A stretch of DNA of 63,594 nt, filler included, from Sanchytrium tribonematis (Eukaryota), in assembly GCA_018985235.1 (NCBI GenBank). It is 8 parts of 8 records of this genome, joined end to end, with 100 filler letters (N's around TTAATTAATTAA, not from the genome) between each part and the next. Parts side by side here need not be neighbours in the genome. Positions count along the whole stretch, not along the records: positions 39,980 to 47,813 come from JADGIG010000415.1; positions 47,914 to 55,709 come from JADGIG010000416.1; positions 55,810 to 63,594 come from JADGIG010000417.1; 5 more parts are not named here. The stretch is one strand, 5' to 3'. Positions 44,977 to 57,396 of the stretch are shown piece by piece. The notes under the pieces were generated by a model. That model was not told where the DNA came from. It made no database searches and was given only the letters and a program-made list of their open reading frames with translations. Every line of letters starts with the position of its first letter. Position 1 is the first letter of the stretch. Made by a program: the position numbers and the translations under genes.

Positions 44977-45157
44977 GTGAAACTTGGAGAATCATGGGCA
45001 AGATATTTTAAAATTCTCTAGTCCATAAAAGTTTAAATGAAACTTACATCTAAATCAAACCTCACTTAGTTGAAATTAAGTTCCTAATTTTTTATTTCTT
45101 AATATTTTAGAGACCCTTATGGAATGACCCACCACAATTAAATAAAGAATTTCCGAT

Positions 45158-45812
45158 TTATTGAGCTTTGGCCAAATTTTCCTCCATATCTTTCCAGTTG
45201 GCAACTTTCCAAACTTCTTCCAAATATTTAGCTCTTGCATTCTTATACTGCAAGTAGTATGCATGCTCCCAAACATCCACTCCAAAGATAGGAGCTAAAC
45301 CAGTTGTAGCTTCCAAAGGATCTTGATTGAATGTGGTTGCAACTTCCAACTTTTTGGTTTGTTTATTGTAACCAAGCCATCCCCAACTAAATTATTTAAA
45401 ATTACCCACTTCCCTGGACCGCAACAGCCTTTTTGTTGAATTCAGCAATCAAAGCATCAATTGATCCAAATGATTCTTTGATAGCATCTGCCAAGGGGCC
45501 ACTAGTAGGTTTTGTACTGCTAGATACTGGCGTTAAAGCCTTCCAAAAGAAACTATGATTGAGATGACCACCGCCATTGAACTTCAAAGCAGACTGCAAT
45601 GCAATTTGAGCTGTGATGTCTCCTTTAGCTTGAGCTCCTTCCAAGGATTTCTCAGCATTGTTCAAGTTTGTAACGTAAGCTTGGTGATGTTTGGAGTGAT
45701 GGATTTCCATGATTTCCTTTGAAATCACAGGTTCCAATGCGTCGTAGCCATACGGTAATTTTGGTAATTGATGTTGTCCAACTGAAGCCATTCTTCTAAA
45801 CGCTGCAAGCAT
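45158..45812 (-). CDS. SOD2: Mitochondrial Mn superoxide dismutase; exons 45812-45406, 45386-45158
   Basis: [35 protein letters not shown]. Confidence 0.97.
45387..45405 (-). other. 19-nt intron GTAATTTTAAATAATTTAG
   Basis: Removal restores the invariant QGSGWGWL. Confidence 0.97.
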
Positions 45813-45934
45813 AGGGGAAAGGGACTATTTTTTATCATGGATCCAATTCGCCAAATTTTGTAGCATTTCAAACTACTTGCTCACGTGGTGGCCAAGGCAA
45901 TAGATCCATATTAAAATGCGCAAAAATCCGAAAT

Positions 45935-46261
45935 TTATTCTAAAGCACAAAACCCAAGATGAACAAGATTGGGCTGGGGTTTGTTCAAATCTTGTATTAA
46001 TTTCAAGTAGTTCCTTTCGTCTTCAGTAAATTCATCTAATAATGGTCCAAAACCTACAACACTTTCACCTCTTATCATCAATACAGGCGATTTTTGTTGA
46101 ATAAGATCGTTGTTTCTCAGTCTGAAATGAGTAGTATTTTCCAAAATAATCGTACCAAATTGATCATAAGACTTGAGTGACCCTATAATGAATGACACTT
46201 TTAACATGACTACTATTTCTTTATTGAGAAAATTGTGATATCCTGAAGCTGTCAAAGACAT
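45935..46261 (-). CDS. LSM1: Sm-like protein Lsm1
   Basis: IGSLKSYDQFGTIILE, MIRGESVV, C-terminal LVHLGF. Confidence 0.75.
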   Translation of the reverse strand: MSLTASGYHNFLNKEIVVMLKVSFIIGSLKSYDQFGTIILENTTHFRLRNNDLIQQKSPVLMIRGESVVGFGPLLDEFTEDERNYLKLIQDLNKPQPNLVHLGFCALE

Positions 46262-46300
46262 AAAATTTACTCCTGTGTTTAAAAGTTGCAAATTTTGAAA

Positions 46301-47813
46301 TTATTTCGATTTTTTAATTGCTGGAGAATAAGTTTTGGCTAAATTTTTAGTGGCTTCTTCAGAAGGTAACCTCCGCACAATGCCCCTTGGTAGAGGCATT
46401 TTTAATGTACAAGGTGACATTGAGAATTTGTGTTTTTTACCTAGCCTTGTTAAAGTCTGTATCCCTAAATCCGCAATAAAGTAAATTGCATCTTTCGGTG
46501 CACTATCGAATGTGATGAGGTCATCCACAGTTTTCATTTGCTGGCAAGCTAGAATCAACCCTGAAATATTGTCCTTCGAGGCAATTGATTCAAATGCGAA
46601 TTCAAAATATGATTCAAATACCTTCAGTTCATTTTTTTTGATTGAAAAATCAGGATGATGCGCCAATAAATGTACTAGCCTCTCCATAGCCACTTCGCTT
46701 CGACTTACGGACTGCACTAGATAAATTAATAATACCTCTTTTGCTATAAGATCCCAGAGTTTTAGCGCTCATAACTTTCGTACTCAAATCTGATTCAAAG
46801 GCAGATAAATACAATGTAGACAAAAAATTCGTGTCCAATTTTCCTTGCCTAAGATATTTGTTTAACTTCCTGACGTAAGATAACCTTACACTATCATCTG
46901 GATCCTGAACACACCAAGCTAATCTTTGAAAAAAATCTAATCCTAACGTTGCTCTCAAATCTTCTAAAGTAGCAATTTTAAGCAAAAAAATAGCACAGGC
47001 AGATCTATATTGCTCCTCGGAACCATTAGAGTCAATTTCATGAGCTTCTAAAATAGCGCCGTTGGATTTGAGAATTTCAAAAACGAATTTGATAAATGGT
47101 TTACATTTCCCAATGTCGCTTTGAAGCTTCATTATACAATGTTGCATGACTTTAAAGCAAATTGCATGAATTTCGAACTTATTTATACTCATTATCCTTT
47201 CCAGCGCTATGTCTAGAAATTGAGATAATTCCATTTCTGACAATTTAGTGTATTTAATAGTGTAATTTAGGATCCAAGTGGCGGAAGCAGATGAATCAGA
47301 AATATCAATTTTTGAATTTCCTGAAAGCACACTAATCAGGCTAGCCCATCTCGTAGTTGCATCATCCTCATTTAAAACAAACTTGGGAAAAGTAAGCACT
47401 TTATGAGTTTTAAAGTAAGTCTTGAGCATTTTAAAATGTGCAGTTGTGAAAGAATCTAGTGCTAAAGCCTCGTCACTGAATATAAATTTAGATAAATCTT
47501 GGGCCCTTTCAGTATCTGAAAGGCAAATAAAGTTAACCCAACTTGGGAAGCTTGGAGTCAAACATTGACCAATTGAAGCCAAAAGCATGTCAATTTGGTT
47601 GAGCATATCAATATTATATCTTGTATTTTCTCCACTTGCTAAATCTTGTAAATAAGGAGACACGCTTTTCCAGTTATCCTCTAACAACTGTTTGGATTGT
47701 GCAAAACAAGCTGAGAACCTTGAGATATCTTGATTCTCAGATTCTGGTGCTATGGAAAACAGCAATTTGCGGCATTTAGACTTCAGGTCCAGATATCCTA
47801 GAAAATAGTTCCA
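46301..47813 (-). CDS. PDS5: Cohesin-associated Pds5, C-terminal part, 5'-partial; exons 47813-46736, 46716-46301
   Basis: CVQDPDDSVR, RLVHLLAHHPDF, DNISGL...KTVDD. Confidence 0.82.
46717..46735 (-). other. 19-nt intron GTATTATTAATTTATCTAG
   Basis: Joins the two Pds5 ORFs in frame. Confidence 0.92.
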
Positions 47814-48219
47814 NNNNNNNNNNNNNNNNNNNNNNNNNNNNNNNNNNNNNNNNNNNNTTAATTAATTAANNNNNNNNNNNNNNNNNNNNNNNNNNNNNNN
47901 NNNNNNNNNNNNNTTAATGCCTAAAATTTTCAGATTGGAAATGGCAAATGACTTGTTTCGTTTTTAATGTCAGCAGCATAATTTATACAACAACAGCGTC
48001 ATTAATTATTATGTCATTACTTTTCAAATCTGATGAAATCAATTGATCTTTTCTAAACTCACTTTAAATCCATGCGAATAGTCATTGAAACCTTGACATT
48101 TTCTTGATCTCTTCAAAAAAAATTATGCTCCGTATATTTATTCAAAAAATAATTGAAATATAATGGCGCCTAGTTGTTGGTGTTCACATTCCAATGTAAT
48201 TTATTCGTTAAATCAGAAT

Positions 48220-48832
<613 letters not shown>

Positions 48833-48853
48833 TCATTATAATTTTTCAAACAA

Positions 48854-49342
48854 ATGGACGTGCGCAAATGCAAAGTGACTGAACTAAAGAAGATATTAGA
48901 AAAGTATGACTTGCCATTACACGGTAAAAAAGATGAATTAGCAGCGCGTGTTGAGGAATTAATGCAGAAAGAGAATAAAACTGTAGAAGCATTATTAGAA
49001 GGCGAAGCAACCGTAGTAAAAGAAGAAAAGACCGTGAGATCTCCAATTAAGTCACCAGAGACTAAAACAGAAGAGAAAGCAGAAGAATCTGGTGAAAAGA
49101 AATGGTATGTAGAACATCTAGACAGATTAAAGAGAATTGAGAAATTTGGAGGAGAATTGAGTGAGTTAGACTTGAAAATCCAAAGAATGATGAAATTTGG
49201 TGAATTGACTAAAGATGATGAATTCAGTAAAGTTAAATCACACGGGCAACCAAAACAACAACAAAATGGACATTCCGGTTACAGAAAGAGACATTATAAA
49301 CCACATCACAGATCTAGAGATAGAAATTCGCGTCCATATTGA
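48854..49342 (+). CDS. SAP-domain protein, Tho1/SARNP-like
   Basis: KVTELKKIL..LPLHGKKDELAARV; RIEKFG and RMMKFG repeats. Confidence 0.75.
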   Translation: MDVRKCKVTELKKILEKYDLPLHGKKDELAARVEELMQKENKTVEALLEGEATVVKEEKTVRSPIKSPETKTEEKAEESGEKKWYVEHLDRLKRIEKFGGELSELDLKIQRMMKFGELTKDDEFSKVKSHGQPKQQQNGHSGYRKRHYKPHHRSRDRNSRPY

Positions 49343-49368
49343 AATAAATAAGATTTTATATAGTTTAT

Positions 49369-49785
49369 TTAAGCAGCGTTTTCGCTCATTGGAGAATTTG
49401 GAACAGAATCGTGATCTTCAATTGAAATCTTCTTATGAACAAATATTGTTGAGACTAATTGTGATATTGCTAGAGCAGCTACTAGAAGGGATATTAAAAC
49501 TATGCTAGAGCTATCTCCATCAGAATCTATCCAACCTTGGGCATTCTTTAGAATGAAATAAGTAGAGTACCCGGAAAAGACCAACAATAAAATCAAATCT
49601 ATGACAACGAGAAATTTAAGCTTTTGATTGTATCTGTCTGGTAATGATACTGTAAAAATACCAATCGCTGCTGTTAAAAACCCAAGAGCACCAGATGTTA
49701 AAGCTGAAATACATAGCACAGCTGATACAACAAAACAAAATATACTTGAAATTTTTAAAATACTTTTGATTGTTTTGTCGCGCAT
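49369..49785 (-). CDS. Small multi-pass membrane protein
   Basis: About 4 hydrophobic segments. Confidence 0.55.
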   Translation of the reverse strand: MRDKTIKSILKISSIFCFVVSAVLCISALTSGALGFLTAAIGIFTVSLPDRYNQKLKFLVVIDLILLLVFSGYSTYFILKNAQGWIDSDGDSSSIVLISLLVAALAISQLVSTIFVHKKISIEDHDSVPNSPMSENAA

Positions 49786-49861
49786 TCAAAAATGATTACC
49801 CCATTCGCGTTTTATCAAAAAATCATAGCGCCATTTAAAAGAGCCATTTTATCAAATAAAA

Positions 49862-51482
49862 ATGTCATGGACCAGATACTTGGGGATTTTGAAGCCTATG
49901 GTTCTAACTTTAAGCTTTTTTGGTTCTAACAGAACAGTTAATGAAAATGTTTTAACATTTCAGATTTTTGAATACTCATTGTTGCTATATTGGGTTTTTT
50001 CAATTGCTGGTTGCTCATCATTACTACAAAGACAAATTAAACGGCCCATCTTCTCAAAATTCTTTGAAAAGACTTGTTTTGAAGAGCAATTCTTTGATGT
50101 ACCAAATTTGAAATGTTTAGAGTGGTTTCAAACTATTTGGAACAAATACATTGTATTTATTTGCACCATTTATGCTGCTCCAAGAAATTTGATGGAATTC
50201 TCTCAGATCAGTGAAAATATTAGCATTATTATCTTGTTGAATTTCACATTTGTGTCACGACATCATCCACTTTTCATTCTTTTTCACATTTTTGTGAAAA
50301 TGATTTATTTAGGAATTTTGGCTTATTTAAATACAGACGACTCTATTTATGCACAAAAAACAAAATTGGCTATTGCTTTTTCATGTGTTGCGTTTATTCA
50401 AGCAAAACATTTGTTCTATTTGAAAAGTTATTATAGATTTTGGAGATTAGATGACACTGATGAAAGCAAGAACGTTCCAGAATATAGTATGCCGAAATGC
50501 CAATTAGGCAAGTTTTCACTTCTTAAAAAGTACTCCCAAGAACATCTTTACGGATCTAATGGCGCATTATTTTCACCGATTGAAATCCAAGAATCTTATG
50601 AGCTTGACCAAATTATGGAAAGATGGAAATTTGGATTTATCACAGTCGCATTTGATTCATTAACATTTATATATCTAGCTTGTATTGGAATCGATTATTA
50701 TTCTATTTATGCAGCAATTTTTGCTATCAGGTTTGTAGTCTATCTTGTTTATTTTCGATATTTTATCATATTTATGCTTGAAAGAATTCCACGGTCTAAA
50801 TACAATATGATTTATTGGAAATTGCAGGTACTTGCCGTAATACAAGGTCATTTATTTTGATTTAGCAATTGCAGTTATTTCTTTATGTATTTCTCTTCGT
50901 AATTGGGTATTTCGCGATATTCCTTCCACTGAAAAGAACACAGATACAGAGCATTTAAATGATTACAAAAATTGCCCATTTTACGATGAGCATGAAAACC
51001 CTTCTGGTATGGGTTGTTTTGATCCACCTGCTAACAAATACATGTTTGGTACGCTTGTTTCTGAGGTAATTTCACTAGGAACTTCATATGCTTTCCATCC
51101 AGTTCCCGCATTTATTGTTGGCTGTGTATTTGTGGCCGAATTTACATTGGGAGATACTTGGTATCAATTTATTTTCGTACCAAATCAAACCTACGTTTTT
51201 ATTCAATTGTTATCTCTATTGACCTTGTTTTTATTATTTTCCATGTCTGATAGATATGTGATTATGCGCGGAATGTACTGTAAATATAAACACCATGATC
51301 GATGGGGGCAAATGAAATGGAATGCATTTTTGGATCACTTTGAATGGATGGGTCATCTTCGACAGAGTATTAAAGCATCGGGGAAAGCAATTAAAAACAA
51401 ATTAACCAGTCCAACTGTTCAAAAAACATCAGATTTCATAGAATTGAAAGAAATGCCATTAAAGAGTCGACCAATGATCTAG
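49862..51482 (+). CDS. Multi-pass membrane protein, unknown; exons 49862-50846, 50866-51482
   Basis: 19-nt intron fuses ORFs 49862 and 51009 with no stops. Confidence 0.7.
50847..50865 (+). other. 19-nt intron GTCATTTATTTTGATTTAG
   Basis: Opens the frame through to 51482. Confidence 0.88.
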
Positions 51483-51998
51483 TAAATGATTTATAACTTT
51501 TTATTAATTTCAAGACTTCATTTATAAATAACTTGCTTATTTAGGGCTTCCTTTTAAACTCAACCAAATTTGATATGGAGTAAGCATTTGTTTTCAAGGA
51601 GATGGGATCTGTCTCTTGATATACTGCAAAACTCAAAGATGATTGGATGATTTTTAGCGAATGGCATCATTCTTTGATTATGATTGGCGCAAATCTACTT
51701 GTACATGATGATTGGATCATTTAAATTGCAATTTGAAATGATTTTATTTATCTTCTTTTGGATTTGGAGTCTCTGGACCATCATCTTTTCGAGTGCTATT
51801 GACTAAACTTTGCCAGATCTGTAATGGAGTCATTGTATGATAATCTGAGGGCCCCGCTCGCTTTATAAACAAAAAGTGGCTTTTGATGGCTCAAAATACC
51901 ACGTCATTATTTGTTAAAACTAATGAATGGCCATGGAATTCTCCATTTCATCTCTCCATTCGATGTTTCGAAGAAGATTCGAGAATTCCCATGTATTT

Positions 51999-53030
51999 TC
52001 ATGATTTATTAATCAATTTATGCATTTCTGTAGTAATCATCTGTTCATATGCTTTAGGTAACACATCTTCTTCAATCATTTCACCAACCACATCTTCTGG
52101 AGTATCTTCAAGTAAATTAAATGGAAATTTCACACTCAATTCATTTTCACTAAAAACAACATGAAATTGAACAATTTCACCGTCTCCCACAATGCTTACA
52201 TTGGGTGCTTCTAATAACATTTCATTCTGTAGTAGTTGAATAGCAGTCCATCGCTTATTGCTGTGACAAATACAATTTAAAATCAAATCTCTCATTTCTC
52301 CTTTGATTTTTTGTAAAGACACTGGATATTCTTGCATACTCACCTTTTTAAATATTTGTGCAGCATTGGTACACTCATAATACGGGTATTCATTGGTCAA
52401 CATTTCAATAATTGTCATTCCAAATGAATAAATATCCACCAATTCATTGTAATCTTCTTCATACATTTCTGGAGCCATAAACTCAGGTGTCCCAATAATG
52501 GTATGCTTCGTACCTTGCTTGAGTTTGGCAGTTCCCAAATCACCTATTTTCAAGTGATTTTGACTAGGAATGATGAAAATATTGTCACTTTTAATATCTC
52601 TGTGAATCATGTCTTTAGAATGCATATATTGCAGTCCTTTAAGTATCTGACGACACCATGACTTATACATTGGCATATTATCGCGTAATATGTACGGATC
52701 TGGCTTATTTCCAAGTTCATTGGTCACAAATGATTGAGAATCATGTAATATTTGAAGATATTCCTTGAGAGTACAATCCATTAACTCAGTAATAAATACG
52801 AATTCATCATTGATCTTGAAGTAATCATAGAGTTGGATGATATTTGGATGTTGTATTTGAGATAATAGTTGAATTTCCTGTAAAAATGCTTGATGGGATA
52901 ATTGTGTAGTAGAATTCCAAGCTACTAATGAGCCTAATGGACGGTGTATTGCTTTATAGACCATTTTGTATGCACCCTTTCCCAGCAAGGTGTTCAATTT
53001 GCAGTATTCTAAAGAGGGAGAAAGTTGCAT
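51999..53030 (-). CDS. WNK-family Ser/Thr kinase
   Basis: LGKGAYKMVYKA, VAWN lacking the subdomain II Lys, HRDIKSDNIF, KIGDLG, IGTPEFMAPEMYEE, VKFPFNLLEDTPEDV. Confidence 0.88.
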   Translation of the reverse strand: MQLSPSLEYCKLNTLLGKGAYKMVYKAIHRPLGSLVAWNSTTQLSHQAFLQEIQLLSQIQHPNIIQLYDYFKINDEFVFITELMDCTLKEYLQILHDSQSFVTNELGNKPDPYILRDNMPMYKSWCRQILKGLQYMHSKDMIHRDIKSDNIFIIPSQNHLKIGDLGTAKLKQGTKHTIIGTPEFMAPEMYEEDYNELVDIYSFGMTIIEMLTNEYPYYECTNAAQIFKKVSMQEYPVSLQKIKGEMRDLILNCICHSNKRWTAIQLLQNEMLLEAPNVSIVGDGEIVQFHVVFSENELSVKFPFNLLEDTPEDVVGEMIEEDVLPKAYEQMITTEMHKLINKS

Positions 53031-53176
53031 ACAGTTTGAAAAAATATTTGATAAAAATTTCAAGCGCGAATCGAGTCATTGAAATGGATTTAAAAGCGAT
53101 GTATATGCAATTGACGAATGTGCGTGTATTCAGATGCTATCAATTGATTTAAATTCAAAATTGTTCATAAAATAAA

Positions 53177-53476
53177 CTATTTATTTCCAGAAGTACTAGC
53201 AATAATAATAATCACAATGATAATAATAATCGTACCTCCAATTAACAATTTCACTTTCATGTCCCTCCACCACATCTGCCTTCTGACTCTGTTAGCACCA
53301 CGTCTGAACTGCATGGAAGATTCTTGTAAAGATTCTGTCTTGTTCTGTAAATTATCCAAATTCTCACCTCTCTCCATCACCTTATGGATATTGTCTTGCA
53401 TAATACCTACTACTTCATTCACTTCACCTTGTAATTGCTTCGTATTGGAGTTCTTTGGTGGACTAGCGGAAGACAT
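53177..53476 (-). CDS. Synaptobrevin/VAMP R-SNARE (Snc1/2-like)
   Basis: VVGIMQDNIHKVMERGENL...FRRGANRVRRQMWW plus TM. Confidence 0.95.
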   Translation of the reverse strand: MSSASPPKNSNTKQLQGEVNEVVGIMQDNIHKVMERGENLDNLQNKTESLQESSMQFRRGANRVRRQMWWRDMKVKLLIGGTIIIIIVIIIIASTSGNK

Positions 53477-53538
53477 GTTTTATGTTTCAAGGAGGAAACT
53501 CAAAAAATATTCATCAAATTTATTAATCTATCCCATGA

Positions 53539-53934
53539 TTATGAATCATAGGTGTCTATATCCTCTATATTAGGTAGTTTACGATGTTCAGTATCCTTAT
53601 TATCAAATAACCAATCCACAATATCCTCAAATACCTTTGATTTGCATTTCCTCTCATGTTTTAATAAATCATGAGTCCATTTATAGCTTTTAACATGGCA
53701 GTATTTGCATATATTTACATGGGTATCATAATGACGTCTTAAATGACTCAATAACAAGTGTCTAGAACTCCCTACATAGGTGCAAATGGCTTTATCGTGA
53801 TGCCATTTGCATCTGCCATCAAATGACTCTTTGCGCACATATCCAATATGGTCTGATAAATGGTCTTTAAATTTAGTAGATTCTACTGATTCTAAGCAGA
53901 GATCCCATCTGCACGTTAGAAATTCCACAGACAT
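53539..53934 (-). CDS. Three-finger C2H2 protein, PacC/Rim101-like fingers only
   Basis: CRW..C..HL.DHIG, CKW..C..SHLRRH, CKYC..YKWTHDLLKH. Confidence 0.65.
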   Translation of the reverse strand: MSVEFLTCRWDLCLESVESTKFKDHLSDHIGYVRKESFDGRCKWHHDKAICTYVGSSRHLLLSHLRRHYDTHVNICKYCHVKSYKWTHDLLKHERKCKSKVFEDIVDWLFDNKDTEHRKLPNIEDIDTYDS

Positions 53935-54207
53935 GCTAAAAAAGAGGCAAAAGGTCATTTTGTGCAAACTCAAGGATCACATGATGCATATCATGTCATT
54001 TAAATGATATCATGTTGTCTAATACATCATGTGACTCATAATGATATGAGATCATCAAATGAATTTATTTCTACTGATATTTCGTAATTTCATTCATTGC
54101 AAATATTTTGAATAAATTTATGTAAATTGGCTACTGCACGGAATGGCAACATGTGACGCCATCAATTGCATCATCACAAAGGTATGACATCATAATTGAT
54201 TGAAGAT

Positions 54208-54603
54208 TTATTTTTTAATTGGGCGAACTCGAGTTGCATTGGATCCTCTTGAAATTTTATCGGGTAATTTGGATTCCACAATGTTTTCATTTGCAACAGG
54301 CTCATTCGGATCAAAGTATTTGATTTCCAAAGTCGGCTTGAAATGAACTCGGCCGTTTAATTTATGCGATTCCATTTCTTCAGAGAAGGCCCTTTTTAAC
54401 AGCTGAAATTGGATCACTAGATCCTGTAATTCTTTTTGATTATTGGGAGTAGGTTTAAAGGTTTTAATTAATTCGGATAATTGTTGAAGATCATGTTGTA
54501 ATTTTGATAAACCTGTATTACTGTTGTCAACTGGCTTAAAATCAAGATCTGCAACCTCTGCCTTTCGCTTCATCGCTAAAGCTGAAAATAGTATGAATAT
54601 CAT
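54208..54603 (-). CDS. Small secreted protein (signal-KRK...RVHF)
   Basis: MIFILFSALA|MKRKAE; GRVHFKPTLEIKYFDPNEP. Confidence 0.6.
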   Translation of the reverse strand: MIFILFSALAMKRKAEVADLDFKPVDNSNTGLSKLQHDLQQLSELIKTFKPTPNNQKELQDLVIQFQLLKRAFSEEMESHKLNGRVHFKPTLEIKYFDPNEPVANENIVESKLPDKISRGSNATRVRPIKK

Positions 54604-54762
54604 CAATTTTGTACTGACAAGATATGTTAGACACTAAAAGATAAATTAGCAAATCAAATCAGTTCTCAGAGCTAGTGACAGACCTTTCGATTTTTGATGA
54701 AAAGATATCAATGTTGTTAGCAATTGAAAATTTATTTTCCAGAATACATATCAGATATGTTC

Positions 54763-55709
54763 TCATTTGGCTGCTTTCAAAGATTTAAATTCGATTGTTG
54801 AGATACCGGATTCTTTAGGAGGCTCAAAGTTATAATATTTACGTACTTCTACTGTTGGATTAAGTTTGATTGGATGCTTAGGGTATTTGCCAAATGTATC
54901 CTTGGTTTTTAAAATTGAGAATAAATTATTACTTGAACCAGTTATTTTATAACGGCTAGTCATTGGTATTGAATTCGCTGCAGAATCTGCCATCAATATG
55001 TCCAGATGAGGCAATAGCTGATCCTTTTTGGATTTTAAAAATTTTCTCTCCATTAAATTTTTTGTTACACGACTCCTAATCACTAATGGCTGTATCAGCC
55101 TGTCTAATTCATCAATTTTCTGCTTCAACGATGGCATGGTATTGATTTGATTCAACTTTTGATTAATGACCAAGTTTAGTGCCCTAATTTTTTTCTTTTC
55201 TAATTCTGTGGGTTCCAATTTTGAAAGAAATTGTTTACCAATTGCCTTTTTGAACTTTTTGGATTGAGTTTTCAACAGTTTTAGATAATATTCTAAATGA
55301 TCTAGTGTATTTTGTTCACCAATAGTTGGTTGTGTGTTTTGAATCTTTGATTTTAAAAAATCGAGTTTTTGCTTTTCTTGTTGGATCATTTGATTATATG
55401 GATCAATGATACCATCTTTCAAACTCGTCACATCGAACCGTCTATTTTCGAGATTGTTATGTGAAGCGGAAGATGGACTATTCTGAATGGTCCTAGTTCT
55501 TTTGATATGATTTAGTTTTTTACTATTTTTAATCATAATCACCAATTCTTCTTGCATATTATGAAGTAAAATAAACTCTTCATGTGTTAATTGACCAATG
55601 TGTTGCTTATTTTGCAAGACTGTGATTTGATGATTCAAAATCTTGATTTTTGAACTTAATGGATTCAATATTGCATTTTCCAATTCTTCTACTTTTCTTT
55701 TGTTTGCTT
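54763..55709 (-). CDS. Basic helical protein, probable paralogue of 54208-54603, 5'-partial
   Basis: Frame open to the contig edge (ANKRKVEE); C-terminal PIKLNPTVEVRKYYNFEPP. Confidence 0.55.
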
Positions 55710-56137
55710 NNNNNNNNNNNNNNNNNNNNNNNNNNNNNNNNNNNNNNNNNNNNTTAATTAATTAANNNNNNNNNNNNNNNNNNNNNNNNNNNNNNNNNNN
55801 NNNNNNNNNAGGAAATTACGGATCGTGTAGGAGAAAATATATTGGAGATTGTCCCCGATGGCTAATGATAACCGGGCTCATACTATCTGTAATTTGGTAG
55901 GAATCGAATTTGTATTCGCAAAACAATTTACAATGAGACTGCAAGCATTGAATTTTTTTCAAAGTTTTTAATTTTGAACAGGGCAGAGAGGATGCTAAAA
56001 ATGTAATTCAATAGTATCCTCAACATATTCTAATGCGCAATCTAAGTGTATTCTTCCAAAATTATTAAATTTGTGTATTGAGAAGCATTTACCATAATTA
56101 CAAAAGGGCATGTATTTGTCAACAAGAATTTATTAAC

Positions 56138-56272
56138 TTAAGCTTTTTGTTGTTTACCCTTGTTTTTCTTTTCTTGTTTAGCTGGTGCAGCCTTTTCAGC
56201 TTGTTGTTGAGCAGGTTGTTCTGCAGCTGGTTTTTGTTCTTGTTGTTTGTTTTGTTTTCCTCCTTTAGCCAT
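56138..56272 (-). CDS. 44-aa K/Q/A/E-rich microprotein (below the ORF-track cutoff)
   Basis: MAKGGKQNKQQEQKPAAEQPAQQQAEKAAPAKQEKKNKGKQQKA*; biased codons (GCT, CAA, AAA). Confidence 0.6.
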   Translation of the reverse strand: MAKGGKQNKQQEQKPAAEQPAQQQAEKAAPAKQEKKNKGKQQKA

Positions 56273-56495
56273 GTAAATAAATGGGTGTTTTCGCGTTTTT
56301 ATAGAGAAAAGTACCCATCAATGCTGTTGCAATTGGACAGACGCGGAAAGTTGGGTAAAAATGAGATCATGTGCAAACAAAGCCTCCTTTCTCGAATTAT
56401 TTTGCGTTGATACGCACTTGAAAGACAAATATTTTAAAATGATTTGAGGATACAGCTAGCAGAATGAATGATATCGTTATTCCCCTTCAAATAAA

Positions 56496-57308
56496 ATGTC
56501 AAATTTCTGTGCGATATGTGACAGACCAGGATATCTCATAGAATGCTCAAAATGTGCTAGATCTTATCATTTAATATGTATAAATGATGACCCCAAGCTC
56601 GAAAGAGACTGGAAGTGCGCTGAATGCAAACCTATTCAATATCCACTTATTAAAAATAGATTTTTTTCAGATTTGCTTAGAATACCGACAGTTACTACTT
56701 TTCAATTACCAGAATATATTCAGAAATTAAGCAAAATAGAAAAATGGGGAGTCATAGAAAGTTCTGGAGAGCCAAAAGGCGAGGCCGATGAATATACATT
56801 GTGCTTTGTTTGTAGTTTTGGTGGTGTTGGAAGAAAACTTATACAATGTGAAGCATGTAAAGACTGGTACCATCACGACTGCCTCACACCCCCAATTATA
56901 ATAGAACCTCAAAACTTTTGCTGTCCGAAACACGTTCATCAACTGATGTCTGACAGATATTACACTGAAAGTGTATCTCTCCCAGCTCTGAAAAACACAA
57001 ATTTAATTCAAGTGCGAGGACGTCCAAAAGAGAACGCTGAAGCATTGGAATCTTTTGGGGTTATCGAACCGCTATATTTACCAGGAGAAGCAATTCGTAA
57101 TCAATTTTTGAAAAAATTAAAAGATGAAAACAAAGACATGCAATTATTAACTAACCAAGATCTCGCAAAGAACTATCTTAAAAGTTTAGAGTCTTTCACT
57201 AGCAATGCCATTGAAACTGTAAAAAAAAGATTTTGTCTCGATGATGAAAGCTTAAGGTCATCATTTAGAAAAGTCGAGGAGTTAAATGCTATTATAGAAG
57301 TCAATTGA
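56496..57308 (+). CDS. Double-PHD protein, Rco1/PHF12-like
   Basis: Two C4HC3 fingers separated by FQLPEYI. Confidence 0.78.
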   Translation: MSNFCAICDRPGYLIECSKCARSYHLICINDDPKLERDWKCAECKPIQYPLIKNRFFSDLLRIPTVTTFQLPEYIQKLSKIEKWGVIESSGEPKGEADEYTLCFVCSFGGVGRKLIQCEACKDWYHHDCLTPPIIIEPQNFCCPKHVHQLMSDRYYTESVSLPALKNTNLIQVRGRPKENAEALESFGVIEPLYLPGEAIRNQFLKKLKDENKDMQLLTNQDLAKNYLKSLESFTSNAIETVKKRFCLDDESLRSSFRKVEELNAIIEVN

Positions 57309-57396
57309 ATTTATTTAGGTTCTAGAATTACGGGATTCCGAAGTTGTAGGAGCGTCCAATCCAAATAAAAGGCAAAGGGTCAAATAAAACAATACA

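Noticed and set aside
51483..51998. Possible small spliced gene downstream of the WNK kinase
   Set aside because: Only short frames; candidate introns fail the T-8/A-6 rule; unsupported
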